Notes: generated from the letters alone by a model not told the origin. 64,000 nucleotides of DNA from an uncultured Acidobacteriota bacterium (GCA_963720545.1 OY970399.1:1056001-1120000); one strand, 5' to 3'; positions 11,652-29,576 are shown, numbered from the stretch's first letter. Made by a program: numbers and translations.

Positions 11652-12026
11652 TTAAAGGACCTCCGGCGCGAGCGAAACGATCTTCATGAACTTGCGCTCG
11701 CGCAGTTCGCGGGCCACCGGCCCGAAGACGCGCGTGCCCACGGGCTCGCCGGCTTCGTTGATGAGCACCGCGGCGTTGGTGTCGAAGCGGATGTAGCTGC
11801 CGTCGCGGCGGCGCTGTTCCTTGCGCACGCGCACGATCACGGCCTTCACCACCTTGCCCTTTTTCACCGGTTCCGGCGCTTCCGGCGCCGACTCCTTGAC
11901 GTTGGCGGTGATGATGTCGCCGAGCCGCGCGTAGCGGCCGGTGGCGTTGCCGAGCGGCAGGATGCAGGAGATCTTGCGGGCGCCGGAGTTGTCGGCGACC
12001 TCGAGGACGGTGCGCATCTGGATCAT
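11652..12026 (-). CDS. rplN: 50S ribosomal protein L14
   Basis: [38 protein letters not shown]. Confidence 0.98.
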   Translation of the reverse strand: MIQMRTVLEVADNSGARKISCILPLGNATGRYARLGDIITANVKESAPEAPEPVKKGKVVKAVIVRVRKEQRRRDGSYIRFDTNAAVLINEAGEPVGTRVFGPVARELRERKFMKIVSLAPEVL

Positions 12027-12044
12027 GGTCTTGTCCCCTCCCGC

Positions 12045-12341
12045 CTAGGCGTTCACGGCGCGGTCTTCGTCGCGCGCGCCGGTGGTGGTGAGGACTTCCT
12101 CGACGCGCCAGCGCTTCAGCTTGCTGAGCGGGCGGGTCTCGACGATGCGCACGGTGTCGCCCTTGCGGGCGCCGTGCTCGTCGTGGGCCATGAAGGTGGA
12201 GGTGCGGCGGATGCGCTTGTTGTACATGGGATGGCGCACCAGGCGCTCGACGGCGACCACGACGGTCTTGGTCATCTTCGCGCTGGTGACGATGCCCACC
12301 TTCTCGTTGCGGCGGCGCTTCGGATCGGCTTTGGCTTCCAT
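12045..12341 (-). CDS. rpsQ: 30S ribosomal protein S17
   Basis: [35 protein letters not shown]. Confidence 0.97.
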   Translation of the reverse strand: MEAKADPKRRRNEKVGIVTSAKMTKTVVVAVERLVRHPMYNKRIRRTSTFMAHDEHGARKGDTVRIVETRPLSKLKRWRVEEVLTTTGARDEDRAVNA

Positions 12342-12351
12342 TTCGTCCTCT

Positions 12352-12552
12352 TTACGGCTTTGCGGCCGTCTGCTTCTGGCGCAGCACGGTCTTGATCCGG
12401 GCGATGTCCCGGCGGGTGTCGCGGATCTTGATGCCCGAGTCGAGCTGGCCGATGGCCTTCGACAGGCGCAGCTTGAAGAGTTGCTCGGCGAGCTCCTTCT
12501 CCTTGCCCTTCAGTTCTTCGACGTTCAGTTCGCGGACCTTCGCGGGCTTCAC
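12352..12552 (-). CDS. rpmC: 50S ribosomal protein L29
   Basis: GTG 12552 overlaps the rplP stop: [13 protein letters not shown]...LFKLR...GQL...RRDIARIKT. Confidence 0.95.
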   Translation of the reverse strand: MKPAKVRELNVEELKGKEKELAEQLFKLRLSKAIGQLDSGIKIRDTRRDIARIKTVLRQKQTAAKP

Positions 12553-12974
12553 AGTCCGACCTCCGTATCGACGCGGCGCACGAAGCGCGTGTGGATGCCC
12601 AGCTTGTGGGCGGCGAGCGTCAGCGCCTCGCGCGCCTCGGCCTCCGTCACGCCTTCCATCTCGTAAAGGATGCGCCCGGGCTTGACCACGGCCACCCAGC
12701 CTTCGGGCGCGCCCTTGCCCTTGCCCATGCGCGTTTCCTGCGGCTTCTTGGTGATCGGCTTGTCCGGGAAGATGCGGATCCAGATGCGGCCGCTGCGCTT
12801 GATGAAGCGGGTGATGGCGATGCGGCCGGCCTCGATCTGGCGGTTGGTGACCCAGCCGCACTCCATGGCCTTCAGGGCGTAATCGCCGAACGACACGGCG
12901 CCGCCGGTCCAGGCCTTGCCCTTCATGCGGCCGCGCTGCTGCTTGCGAAACTTGACCTTTTTAGGCATCAACAT
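12549..12974 (-). CDS. rplP: 50S ribosomal protein L16
   Basis: [39 protein letters not shown]. Confidence 0.98.
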   Translation of the reverse strand: MLMPKKVKFRKQQRGRMKGKAWTGGAVSFGDYALKAMECGWVTNRQIEAGRIAITRFIKRSGRIWIRIFPDKPITKKPQETRMGKGKGAPEGWVAVVKPGRILYEMEGVTEAEAREALTLAAHKLGIHTRFVRRVDTEVGL

Positions 12975-13086
12975 AGGCGTCCTCGCTGCGCGTCAGTCGT
13001 CGTCGAGCGTGTTGCCGCGGAGTGAATCCCCGGCAACACGGCAGAGGAAACGCTTCGCTGCGGAAAACGCGTCATGGCTGTCATGG

Positions 13087-13734
<648 letters not shown>

Positions 13735-14094
13735 CTACTTCTCCCTTTCGGCGACGGTGACTTCCAGGTGCGCCGTGCGCTTGATGATGCGGAAGGCGCG
13801 GCCCATCGGCGCGGGGCGCACGCGCTTCATCGACGGGCCCTGGTTGGCGGCGCAGGCGCTCACCACCAGGTCGTCCTCGTCGAGGCGGCGCTTCTGGTTG
13901 CGGTCGGCCACGGTCACGGCGTTGGCGATGGCGGCGCGCAGCGTCTTCTCGATGTCGCGCGCGATCGCCTTCTTGGTGAAGCGCAGGATCGAGAGCGCGT
14001 CGGACGCCTTCTTGCCGCGGATCAGGTCCATGACGAGCCCGGCCTTCTGCGCCGAGGTGCGCACGTACTTGGTCTTGGCTTTTGCCTCGAGCAT
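13735..14094 (-). CDS. rplV: 50S ribosomal protein L22
   Basis: RTSAQKAGLVMDLIRGK, AIANA, GPSMKRVRPAPMGRA. Confidence 0.97.
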   Translation of the reverse strand: MLEAKAKTKYVRTSAQKAGLVMDLIRGKKASDALSILRFTKKAIARDIEKTLRAAIANAVTVADRNQKRRLDEDDLVVSACAANQGPSMKRVRPAPMGRAFRIIKRTAHLEVTVAEREK

Positions 14095-14110
14095 TGCCCT
14101 ATAGCCTCCC

Positions 14111-14425
14111 TTAGGCCTTCGGCGGCGCGGCCGGCGCCGCGCCCTCGACCTTGGCGGCCTTCTCGACCTTGGTGGAGTGGGTCTTGAAGGTGCGGGTGGG
14201 CGAGAACTCGCCGAGCTTGTGGCCCACCATGTTCTCGGTGACGTAGACGGGGATGAACTTGCGGCCGTTGTAGACGGCGAGCGTGTGCCCGACCATGTCG
14301 GGGGTGATGGTGGAGCGCCGCGACCAGGTCTTGATGACCTTCTTGTCGTTGGCGTCGTTCATCGCGCCGATCTTCTTCGCCAGGTGGTCGTCCACCCAGG
14401 GGCCCTTCTTCAGTGACCGTGCCAT
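14111..14425 (-). CDS. rpsS: 30S ribosomal protein S19
   Basis: ATG 14425: [12 protein letters not shown]...IKTWSRRS...[13 protein letters not shown]. Confidence 0.97.
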   Translation of the reverse strand: MARSLKKGPWVDDHLAKKIGAMNDANDKKVIKTWSRRSTITPDMVGHTLAVYNGRKFIPVYVTENMVGHKLGEFSPTRTFKTHSTKVEKAAKVEGAAPAAPPKA

Positions 14426-14427
14426 TG

Positions 14428-15249
14428 TTACTTCCGCCTCTTGACGATGGATCCGTCGGTGCGCTTGTTGTTGCGCGTCTTGGCGCCCTTGGTGGGCTTG
14501 CCCCAGGGCGTCACCGGATGGCGGCCGCCCGAGGTCTTGCCTTCCCCGCCGCCGTGCGGATGGTCGACCGGGTTCATGACGACGCCGCGGTTGTGCGGCT
14601 TGCGGCCCAGCCAGCGGGTGCGGCCGGCCTTGCCGTAGGAGACGTTCTTGTGCTCGATGTTGCCCACCTGGCCGACGGTCGCGAAGCACTCGACGTGCAC
14701 CTTGCGGACCTCGCCCGACGGCAGCTTCACCTGCGCGTACTCCGTCTCTTTCGCCACCAGCTGCGCCGCGGTGCCGGCGCTGCGCACCAGCTGGCCGCCC
14801 TTGCCGCGCTTCAGCTCGATGTTGTGGATGACGGTGCCGGCCGGAATGGCCCGCAGCGGCAGGCAGTTCCCCGGCAGGATGTCGGCGCTCTCGCCGGCGA
14901 CGATGGTGGTGCCGACGTTCAGTCCGTCGGGACAGAGGATGTAGCGCTTGTCGCCGTCGGCGTAGTGCAGGAGGGCGATGCGCGCCGAGCGGTTCGGGTC
15001 GTACTCGACCGCCGCCACCTTTGCGGGCACGCCCGCCTTGTCGCGCTTGAAGTCGATGATGCGGTAGCGGCGCTTGTGGCCGCCGCCGCGCCACCACGAG
15101 GTGATGCGGCCCTTGTTGTTGCGGCCGCCCGACTTGCGCATCGGCGCGGTCAGCGACTTCTCCGGACGGTGTTTGGTGATCTCGTCGAAGGTGAGGGTCG
15201 TCGCGAACCGGCGGCCGGGCGACGTCGGGTTGTATTGCTTGATTGCCAT
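14428..15249 (-). CDS. rplB: 50S ribosomal protein L2
   Basis: [40 protein letters not shown]. Confidence 0.98.
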   Translation of the reverse strand: MAIKQYNPTSPGRRFATTLTFDEITKHRPEKSLTAPMRKSGGRNNKGRITSWWRGGGHKRRYRIIDFKRDKAGVPAKVAAVEYDPNRSARIALLHYADGDKRYILCPDGLNVGTTIVAGESADILPGNCLPLRAIPAGTVIHNIELKRGKGGQLVRSAGTAAQLVAKETEYAQVKLPSGEVRKVHVECFATVGQVGNIEHKNVSYGKAGRTRWLGRKPHNRGVVMNPVDHPHGGGEGKTSGGRHPVTPWGKPTKGAKTRNNKRTDGSIVKRRK

Positions 15250-15258
15250 TTCGTTCCC

Positions 15259-15552
15259 TTAGGCCTGCTCGAAGAACTCGACCATCTTTTCGCCTTCGCG
15301 GAGCACCACGTAGGCCTTCTTCCAGTCGGCGCGGCGGCCGACCCAGCGGCCCTGGCGCTTCATCTTGCCGTGCATGTTGGCGATGCGCACCGCCTCGACC
15401 TTGACGTTGAAGATGGTCTCGACCGCCTTGCGGATCTCGGGCTTGGTGGCGTCGCGGTGCACCTCGAAGCACAGCGAACGCTGCGTCTCCTTGAGGAGCG
15501 TCGACTTCTCGGTGAGCAGCGGCCGGCGAATCACTTCGAACAGGTTCTTCAT
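15259..15552 (-). CDS. rplW: 50S ribosomal protein L23
   Basis: ATG 15552: [10 protein letters not shown]...[11 protein letters not shown]...WKKAYV. Confidence 0.96.
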   Translation of the reverse strand: MKNLFEVIRRPLLTEKSTLLKETQRSLCFEVHRDATKPEIRKAVETIFNVKVEAVRIANMHGKMKRQGRWVGRRADWKKAYVVLREGEKMVEFFEQA

Positions 15553-16391
15553 CCGAGCCTCGCTTCGAGCTTCGCCAGCGCGTCCTGCGAGACGACCAGG
15601 TGCCGGCAGTCCATGACGTCGTAAACCGTCAGGTGCGTCTGCGCGACGATGCGCACGTCGGGCAGGTTGCGCCCAGAGAGCACCAGCGCGTCGTCGGGCT
15701 CGTGCGCGACGATCACGGCCTTGCCGCGCACGCCGATGGTGTCGAGGATGGCGCGCAGCCGCGCGGTCTTCGGCGTGTCGATGCCGAAGCGGTCGATGAC
15801 GCGCACCGCGCCTTCCTTGAGCCGCAGCGACAACGCCGAGCGCAGGGCCGCCATGCGCGTCTTGCCGGGAATGCGATACGAGTAGTCGCGCGGCGTCGGG
15901 CCGAAGACGGTGCCGCCGTGGCGCCACAGCGGGTTGCGCGCCTCGCCGACGCGGGCGCGGCCGGTGCCCTTCTGCCGCCACGGCTTCTTGCCGGTGCCGG
16001 AGACGAGCGCGCGGTTCTTGGTCATGTGCGTGCCGGCGCGACCGCCGGCGCGGTATTCCTTGACCGCTTCGTAGATGAGGTGCTCGTTCGGCGTCACGCC
16101 GAACACGCCGGCCGCGAGGCTCAGCTCGCCGAGGTGGGCGTTGTCGGCCGAAACCACCGGGAACGCCGTGAAGTCGGTGGACGTGGGCGCAACTGCCTCG
16201 GTCTGGCGCGGCGCCTTTTTGGCCTTCGCCGTCTTGACAGCCACCTTCGCGGCCTGGTGCGGCGCCTTCGGCTTCGGCGCGGCTGCCGCCTTGGGAGCGG
16301 CCTTCGCCGCCGCCGTCTTTCTGGCTGCCGGCTTCGCCTTGCTCTTGGCGGCCTTTTGCGCCGGCTTCTTCGTCGTCTTGCTGGGAGCCAT
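15549..16391 (-). CDS. rplD: 50S ribosomal protein L4 with about 70-aa Lys/Ala/Pro-rich N-terminal extension
   Basis: [38 protein letters not shown] 5 nt after the rplC stop; no closer good start seen. Confidence 0.95.
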   Translation of the reverse strand: MAPSKTTKKPAQKAAKSKAKPAARKTAAAKAAPKAAAAPKPKAPHQAAKVAVKTAKAKKAPRQTEAVAPTSTDFTAFPVVSADNAHLGELSLAAGVFGVTPNEHLIYEAVKEYRAGGRAGTHMTKNRALVSGTGKKPWRQKGTGRARVGEARNPLWRHGGTVFGPTPRDYSYRIPGKTRMAALRSALSLRLKEGAVRVIDRFGIDTPKTARLRAILDTIGVRGKAVIVAHEPDDALVLSGRNLPDVRIVAQTHLTVYDVMDCRHLVVSQDALAKLEARLG

Positions 16392-16396
16392 GGCCT

Positions 16397-17023
16397 CTAC
16401 GCCTTTCGAACCACGAGGTAAGCGCCGCCGCCGCCGGGCAATGCCCCGCGCACGATCAGCAGGTTGTTCTCCGCGTCCACCTCGACGACGCGCAGGTTCT
16501 TCACGGTGACCTTGTCCTGGCCCATGTGGCCGGCCGCGCGCATGCCCTTGACGACGCGCGACGGGAACGCCGAGGCGCCGATCGAGCCGGGCGCGCGGTG
16601 GAACATCGAGCCGTGGGTCTTGTCGCCGCCGGCGAAGTGGTGGCGCTTGACCACGCCCTGGAAGCCCTTGCCCTTGCTGATGCCGGTGACGTTCACCTTG
16701 TCGCCGACCGCGAAGTCGGAAGCGAGCACCTTGTCGCCGACGTTGATCTCGGCCTTGTCGTCGACCTTGAACTCACGCGTGACCTTGGACGGCGGCAGCG
16801 AGGCCTTGGCGAAGTGGCCCTTGCGCGCCTTGCTCACCGCCTTCACCTTGCGGTTTTCGACCAGCGCGAGCTGCACCGCCGAGTAGCCGTCCTTGCCCTG
16901 CGACTTGCGCTGGACGACGACGCACGGGCCCGCCTGGATCACGGTGGCGGCGACGGCCGCGCCATTCTCGGCGTAGATCTGGGTCATCCCCAGCTTCCGG
17001 CCGATGATTCCATGGACTGACAT
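16397..17023 (-). CDS. rplC: 50S ribosomal protein L3
   Basis: [37 protein letters not shown]. Confidence 0.98.
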   Translation of the reverse strand: MSVHGIIGRKLGMTQIYAENGAAVAATVIQAGPCVVVQRKSQGKDGYSAVQLALVENRKVKAVSKARKGHFAKASLPPSKVTREFKVDDKAEINVGDKVLASDFAVGDKVNVTGISKGKGFQGVVKRHHFAGGDKTHGSMFHRAPGSIGASAFPSRVVKGMRAAGHMGQDKVTVKNLRVVEVDAENNLLIVRGALPGGGGAYLVVRKA

Positions 17024-17047
17024 GTGTCTCTCTTCCTTCCGCTCGCC

Positions 17048-17380
17048 TTACTTGGAGTGCTCTTTGCCGAACGCCTTGATCTCGACGTCGACGCCCGCCG
17101 GCAGGTCGAGCTTCATGAGCGCGTCCACCGTCTGGCTGGTCGGCTCGAAGATGTCGAGCAGGCGCTTGTGGCTGCGGATCTCGAACTGCTCGCGGCTCTT
17201 CTTGTCCACGTGCGGCGAGCGGTTCACGGTCCAGCGGTTCTTGATGGTCGGCAGCGGGATCGGGCCGGCGACCTGCGCGCCGGTGCGCTTGGCGGTCTCG
17301 ACGATCTCGGCCGTCGACTGGTCGAGGACGCGGTAGTCGTACGCCTTCAGCCGGATGCGAATCTTCTCGTTGAGCATCAT
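17048..17380 (-). CDS. rpsJ: 30S ribosomal protein S10
   Basis: [30 protein letters not shown]. Confidence 0.98.
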   Translation of the reverse strand: MMLNEKIRIRLKAYDYRVLDQSTAEIVETAKRTGAQVAGPIPLPTIKNRWTVNRSPHVDKKSREQFEIRSHKRLLDIFEPTSQTVDALMKLDLPAGVDVEIKAFGKEHSK

Positions 17381-17384
17381 CTGA

Positions 17385-18584
<1,200 letters not shown>

Positions 18585-18624
18585 TGCCTTGGTGCCTCCG
18601 GTACCTAGAATTCCTTCGCCTGGG

Positions 18625-20727
<2,103 letters not shown>

Positions 20728-20733
20728 GGCCTG

Positions 20734-21204
20734 TTACCAGCGGTAGTGGGCGAAGGCCTTGTTGGCTTCGGCCATCTTGTGGACGTCTTCCTTCTTCTTG
20801 ACCGCCCCGCCGCGCAGGTTGGAGGCGTCGAGCAGTTCCGCGGCCAGCTTCTGCACCATGGTGCGCTCCGGGCGCTTGCGCGCGAACGAGATGATCCAGC
20901 GCAGCGCCAGCGAAGTGCGGCGGTTGGGGTTCACCTCGACCGGCACCTGGTAGTTCGAGCCGCCGACGCGGCGGCTCTTCACCTCGAGCGCCGGCTTGAC
21001 GTTGTCGATCGCCTTCTTGAAGACCTTGATCGGGTCTTCCTGGGTCTTCGTCTGGATCACGGTGAGGGCGTCGTACGTGATCTGCTGGGAAACGGACCGC
21101 TTGCCCTCGAACATCATGCAGTTGATGAACTTGGTGAGCAGGGGGCTCCCGTAGATCGGGTCCGCTGCGACTTCCCTGCGACTGACCAACCCTCGACGTG
21201 GCAT
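20734..21204 (-). CDS. rpsG: 30S ribosomal protein S7
   Basis: [32 protein letters not shown]. Confidence 0.98.
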   Translation of the reverse strand: MPRRGLVSRREVAADPIYGSPLLTKFINCMMFEGKRSVSQQITYDALTVIQTKTQEDPIKVFKKAIDNVKPALEVKSRRVGGSNYQVPVEVNPNRRTSLALRWIISFARKRPERTMVQKLAAELLDASNLRGGAVKKKEDVHKMAEANKAFAHYRW

Positions 21205-21412
21205 CTTCGCTCCGTTTGAACCATCACGACAAAAAACAAATCAGACGGCGCGTGCGGCCGCACGGGCCGCCTGCGACGTCTGAGGCACTGTCAGCAGCCT
21301 CTCTCTTCCCGGGATCCGTACCTGCGGGAGTTGCCTCGCGCGCAGCGTCTGATTTCCCGGAACGTTGTCTTCCCGGTCGCCCGACCAGGACGATTGGCTC
21401 TCGTGGCCTCCC

Positions 21413-21787
21413 TTAAGCCTTGGGGCGCTTCGCGCCGTACTTGCTGCGTCCGCGCTTGCGGCCCTGCACGCCCACGGCATCGAGGGTGCCACGCACGATG
21501 TGGTACCGGACGCCGGGCAGGTCCTTGACGCGGCCGCCGCGGATGAGAACGATCGAGTGTTCCTGCAGGTTGTGGCCGACACCGGGGATGTACGCCGTCA
21601 CCTCGATGGAGTTGGTCAGGCGGACGCGCGCCACCTTGCGCAGCGCCGAGTTCGGCTTCTTGGGGGTCGAGGTGAAGACCCGCACGCAGACGCCGCGGCG
21701 CTGGGGCGAACCCTGCAGCGCAGGACTGTCGGTCTTCGACCGCAGCTTCTTGCGACCGACCCTGACGAGCTGACTGACCGTAGGCAA
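21413..21787 (-). CDS. rpsL: 30S ribosomal protein S12
   Basis: [32 protein letters not shown] start. Confidence 0.98.
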   Translation of the reverse strand: MPTVSQLVRVGRKKLRSKTDSPALQGSPQRRGVCVRVFTSTPKKPNSALRKVARVRLTNSIEVTAYIPGVGHNLQEHSIVLIRGGRVKDLPGVRYHIVRGTLDAVGVQGRKRGRSKYGAKRPKA

Positions 21788-21856
21788 CGAAACGCCTCCA
21801 AAACCCTGTCGTTGAGTGAGCGTCGGCCTGACGGCCGAGCAGAGAACAACCTGCCA

Positions 21857-21885
21857 ATGCTACGCGTGCGTGTGATCTGTGTCAA
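21857..21885 (-). promoter_or_regulatory. Sigma70-type promoter of the str operon
   Basis: TTGACA (21885-21880), 17 nt, TAGCAT (21862-21857). Confidence 0.8.
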
Positions 21886-21906
21886 CGCCGGGCGCCGTGT
21901 TTCCAT

Positions 21907-23259
21907 TCAGTTGCGGGCGTCCGGATCGAACCGGGAGGCCACGATCTCACTCGGTCCAGGCCCGCAATCGGTGCAGGTCCTGGCTCGCGCCCATGCCGCA
22001 ACCGCGGCGCCGGCGGCATTTCCGGCAAGGCGAAACGTGCCAGCGAGCCCCGAGCTTCCCGGGAGCGGCGCAGCCGCCAGCCAACGACCCGCAGGCCCTG
22101 CTCGCGTAAACAGGATCTGGCCATTCGCAGCCCACGCGAGGAGGCTCACGCCCTGCGCATCGACTGCCGCCTCGGTCGCCACCCCGTGGCGCGGATCGCT
22201 CGGCAGCGGCACTGACTGGACCAGCACGCCGCCGTCCTTTGCCCACCCCGCCGCTGTCAGTCGAGTCGCGTGCAGCTTTCCGTCCGCCGTGACCCAATGG
22301 GCAAGGGCGTTCCCTCCGCCGCAGGCGATGCCGGGGCCTCCGGCGAGCTGGACGTGTGCGGTCAGGACGGTCGCCGGTTGCCAGCCGCTTCCGGAAACGA
22401 ACCGGGCGGTGACTATGTCGGCTTGCGTCTCGGCCTGGTCGTACACCGTCCAGATGACCTGAAACCCGCCGCCGTCCGCGCAGGCGTCGCCCACGCCAAA
22501 GACCGCGCCGGTCGCGGCAGGCACTTGCTCGAGCGCCGAGAGCGCGCCGCCGTTGACCGTGGCCGCGGTGATCGCCTGTTGCCGAACCGAAAGGACGAGG
22601 GCGCGCGCCGGTGTGCCAGCCACGACAACTTGCGCGCGGTCGCCGAGCGCAACTCGCGGCAACCAGGCTCCACCGGCCGCTCGCTGGGCGGCCCAGACGC
22701 GCTCCTCGACCCACACCGCGAGTCCCGCGCCGCGATCGTCGCTCAAAAGATGGGCGTCCACCACGAAATCGTCGCGGACCATCGCGATGTCGTCGCCGGC
22801 TTGCCAACTCCCCTGGGCGAAGCGCGCCTCGTAGAGATGGACTCCGGCATCGCCCACGACCGCGGCACCGCCGTTGCCGTCGCTTGCCAGGTCGCGCGGC
22901 CAGGAACGGAACTCACCGGTGGGTCCGAGCGAAACCGGAGGCGTCCAGGAAGCGGCCGCCGCCGAGGTGCTGGCGGCGGCTTGCCAGGTCGCGGCAAGCG
23001 GGTCGCCAGGGGTGCCCGCGACCGCAAAGGAAACGGCTGCCCGTCCGTCCGCGTCGAGAACGAGGCCAGTCACCGTGCCGCCGCCGCTGGTGAACCGCGA
23101 TCCGATCCAGCCGGGGCCGCCGTCGCCGATCACGACTGGCGCGCTCCACCGGCCGAGGTCGGCGGCCGGAGGCGCGGAGGGGCCGTCCGAATCACTGCCG
23201 CAGGCCGTTGCCATTGCGGTCGAGAGCACCAACGTAAAGAGTCGGCAAGGATTCGTCAT
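21907..23259 (-). CDS. Hypothetical lipoprotein with repeated beta-rich units
   Basis: Likely start ATG 23259: MTNPCRLFTLVLSTAMATA-C-GSDS (lipobox-like). Repeated 'D..G.A.AVW...W.P..L' units. Confidence 0.7.
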   Translation of the reverse strand: MTNPCRLFTLVLSTAMATACGSDSDGPSAPPAADLGRWSAPVVIGDGGPGWIGSRFTSGGGTVTGLVLDADGRAAVSFAVAGTPGDPLAATWQAAASTSAAAASWTPPVSLGPTGEFRSWPRDLASDGNGGAAVVGDAGVHLYEARFAQGSWQAGDDIAMVRDDFVVDAHLLSDDRGAGLAVWVEERVWAAQRAAGGAWLPRVALGDRAQVVVAGTPARALVLSVRQQAITAATVNGGALSALEQVPAATGAVFGVGDACADGGGFQVIWTVYDQAETQADIVTARFVSGSGWQPATVLTAHVQLAGGPGIACGGGNALAHWVTADGKLHATRLTAAGWAKDGGVLVQSVPLPSDPRHGVATEAAVDAQGVSLLAWAANGQILFTRAGPAGRWLAAAPLPGSSGLAGTFRLAGNAAGAAVAAWARARTCTDCGPGPSEIVASRFDPDARN

Positions 23260-23320
23260 GGCCACCACCCTGAGACTCGAGCATATCCGCGGGCGCACGT
23301 TGCTCGTAAGCGACCCCGCC

Positions 23321-23345
23321 GTCACACCGCGCTTGCGCCGGCATC
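23321..23345 (+). promoter_or_regulatory. Candidate ECF sigma promoter 1 (GTCACA-N12-CGGCATC)
   Basis: Same motif recurs at 24224-24249; this copy lies 9 nt before the GTG of the oxidase. Confidence 0.55.
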
Positions 23346-23354
23346 AGAAGGAGC

Positions 23355-24275
23355 GTGAACCAGCCTTTTCATTCCGGAGAACTGGAGCTGCAGCGGCGCG
23401 CCGGGGCGCTCGACCAGGGCGCGGCCGTCGGCGGCATCATCCGCAACAGGATGACGCAGGGGGTGGCCAATTTCCTCCTGCAGCAACGGCTTGCGGTCGC
23501 TGCGACGCTCGAAGCGGACGGGCGGGTCTGGGCCTCGCTGCTCAGCGGGGAGCCCGGATTCCTGCGCGCGGCCGACGAGGAACGAGTGCTGATCGACGTC
23601 CACCCGCTCTCCGGCGAACCGCTCCACGACACGCTCTCCGCCCGCTCCGACCTTGGCCTCCTGGTCATCGACCCCACGACCCGCCAGCGGTTTCGCATCA
23701 ACGGGCGCGGGCGCCTGGCCCCGCGAGGCATCGTCCTGGAGGTGGAGCAGGCCTACGGCAACTGCCCAAAGTACATCCAGCGGCGCGCGCTCGCGGCTGG
23801 CGGCGACGGTGACGCCGAACCTCGGCCCGCGCGGCTCACGCGCGCGCTTTCGCCGCGGCAACAGGATTGGGTTCGACCGGCGGACACGCTGTTCGTCGCG
23901 ACCTTTCATCAAGACGGCGGCGCCGACGCCTCGCACCGCGGCGGGCAACCCGGCTTCATTCGTGTCCACGGCACGAATCGGTTGAGCTTCGCCGACTACC
24001 CCGGCAACAGCATGTACAGCACGCTCGGCAACCTGCTCCACCATCCGCAGGCCGGGTTGTTGTTCGTGGACTTCACGAGCGGCGACGTCCTGCAGCTCGC
24101 CGGCCGGGCTTCGGTGGGACCGGACTTCTCGGTTACGTTCGAGGTGGAGGCGGTGCGCGAAACGCGGCGCGCGACCTCCCTGCGCTACACGCTCGTCGAG
24201 TATTCGCCCGCGAACCCGCCGCTGTCACAGTCGACTGACGCTCGGCATCTCACGGTCACGAGGAGAACATCATGA
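23355..24275 (+). CDS. Pyridoxamine 5'-phosphate oxidase-like FMN-binding protein (tandem domains)
   Basis: FHSGELELQRRAG, WASLLSGEPGF, RQRFRINGRG, YGNCPKYIQRR, ADASHRGGQPGF, DYPGNSMYSTLGNL. Confidence 0.9.
   Translation: MNQPFHSGELELQRRAGALDQGAAVGGIIRNRMTQGVANFLLQQRLAVAATLEADGRVWASLLSGEPGFLRAADEERVLIDVHPLSGEPLHDTLSARSDLGLLVIDPTTRQRFRINGRGRLAPRGIVLEVEQAYGNCPKYIQRRALAAGGDGDAEPRPARLTRALSPRQQDWVRPADTLFVATFHQDGGADASHRGGQPGFIRVHGTNRLSFADYPGNSMYSTLGNLLHHPQAGLLFVDFTSGDVLQLAGRASVGPDFSVTFEVEAVRETRRATSLRYTLVEYSPANPPLSQSTDARHLTVTRRTS
24224..24249 (+). promoter_or_regulatory. Candidate ECF sigma promoter 2 (GTCACA-N13-CGGCATC)
   Basis: Inside the oxidase 3' end, upstream of RBS GAGGAG and the ATG of the DUF1059 gene. 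Confidence 0.55.
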
Positions 24276-24448
24276 CCAAGGCAATCGCATGCAATAGCGT
24301 CGTCCCCGGCTGCTCATGGCAAGCCAGCGCCGCGACCGAAGCCGAGCTGCTCGAGAAGGTCACGGCGCACGCGGCAGAACAGCACGGTGTGGCAGAGGTG
24401 ACCCCGGAGCTCGCCGCACGGGTGAAGGCGGCGGTCGAGACCCGCTAA
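24272..24448 (+). CDS. Small putative metal-binding protein (DUF1059-like), 58 aa
   Basis: Manual translation MTKAIACNSVVPGCSWQASAATEAELLEKVTAHAAEQHGVAEVTPELAARVKAAVETR; C-x6-C and H-x4-H; good RBS; missed by ORF track. Confidence 0.85.
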   Translation: MTKAIACNSVVPGCSWQASAATEAELLEKVTAHAAEQHGVAEVTPELAARVKAAVETR

Positions 24449-24460
24449 CCTGCAGGGTCC

Positions 24461-25069
24461 ATGGCGCGCGCCGATACCGGGCGAACCGACGAGGAGCTTG
24501 CGGCCCGCGCCGCAGGCGGCGACGAGCGCGCGTTCGAGGCTTTGGTGAAGCGCTACCAGGCGCGCGCGTGGCGGCTGGCCGCCCGCCTCGTCGGCGCCGC
24601 CGGCGACCCGCAGGACGCCGTCCAGGAAGCGTTCCTGAACGCCTATCGGGGCCTGCCGCGTTTCCGCCGGCAGGCCCGTTTCTCGACCTGGCTGTACCGC
24701 ATCGTCACCAACGCGGCACTGATGCAGCGACGCTCACGCCGCCGCCGGCCAGCGCAATCGCTCGAACAGTACCTGCCGCGCTTCGACGCCGAAGGCCGCC
24801 ATGCACAGACGCCGGCCCAGTTGGTGAGCGCAGCGCGGCTCGAGGAGCTGCTCGACCGTCGGGCCCTGGCACTCAAGGTGCGGGCCGGCCTCGAGCGGCT
24901 GCCCGCCGCCTACCGAACGCCTTTCGTGCTGCGCGACCTCGAGTCGCTGCCGACCGCGGAAGTGGCGGCGGTGCTGCGCCTCGAGCCGGCAACCGTGAGG
25001 CAGCGCGTGCATCGTGCCCGCCTCATGCTGCGCGGCTACCTCGGTGACCTGCGAGGAGTGAAAGCATGA
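24461..25069 (+). CDS. ECF RNA polymerase sigma-70 factor
   Basis: AFEALVKRY, DAVQEAFL, FSTWLYRIVTN (region 2); LPAAYRTPFVLRD...EVAAVL...TVRQRVHRAR (region 4). Confidence 0.93.
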   Translation: MARADTGRTDEELAARAAGGDERAFEALVKRYQARAWRLAARLVGAAGDPQDAVQEAFLNAYRGLPRFRRQARFSTWLYRIVTNAALMQRRSRRRRPAQSLEQYLPRFDAEGRHAQTPAQLVSAARLEELLDRRALALKVRAGLERLPAAYRTPFVLRDLESLPTAEVAAVLRLEPATVRQRVHRARLMLRGYLGDLRGVKA

Positions 25070-25311
25070 CGACTCGAGAACTGGTGTGCGCTACGGGCGC
25101 ATCGATGGTGATGGACTACTGCGAGGGCATCCTGCGCGCCGGGAGGCGTTCGCGCCTGGAGTCGCACGTCGCGGGTTGTCCCCGCTGCCGCGCGTTCCTT
25201 CGCTCATACCGCAAGACGCCGGCGATCGTGTCACGGGCCACGCGAACCAGGGCGCCGCGCACTCTTGCGCGGACGGTGCTTCGGTTCGTCCGTCGCCGAA
25301 CGGCCGGATAA
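25066..25311 (+). CDS. Soluble zinc-finger anti-sigma factor (zf-HC2/ZAS)
   Basis: C...DYCEG.L...HVAGCPRC (HxxxCxxC); ATGA overlap with the sigma gene. Confidence 0.85.
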   Translation: MTTRELVCATGASMVMDYCEGILRAGRRSRLESHVAGCPRCRAFLRSYRKTPAIVSRATRTRAPRTLARTVLRFVRRRTAG

Positions 25312-25312
25312 C

Positions 25313-25351
25313 GCAAGAGGCGGCCGCGGCACTGCCGCAACCGCCTCTCGC
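25313..25351. terminator. GC-rich hairpin between the convergent anti-sigma and rpoC genes
   Basis: agaggcgg/ccgcctct outer stem and gcggca/tgccgc inner stem; weak U tract. Confidence 0.55.
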
Positions 25352-25382
25352 AAACGGAAGCGCGTGTTGGCGCGCGCCGTTG

Positions 25383-29576
<4,194 letters not shown>

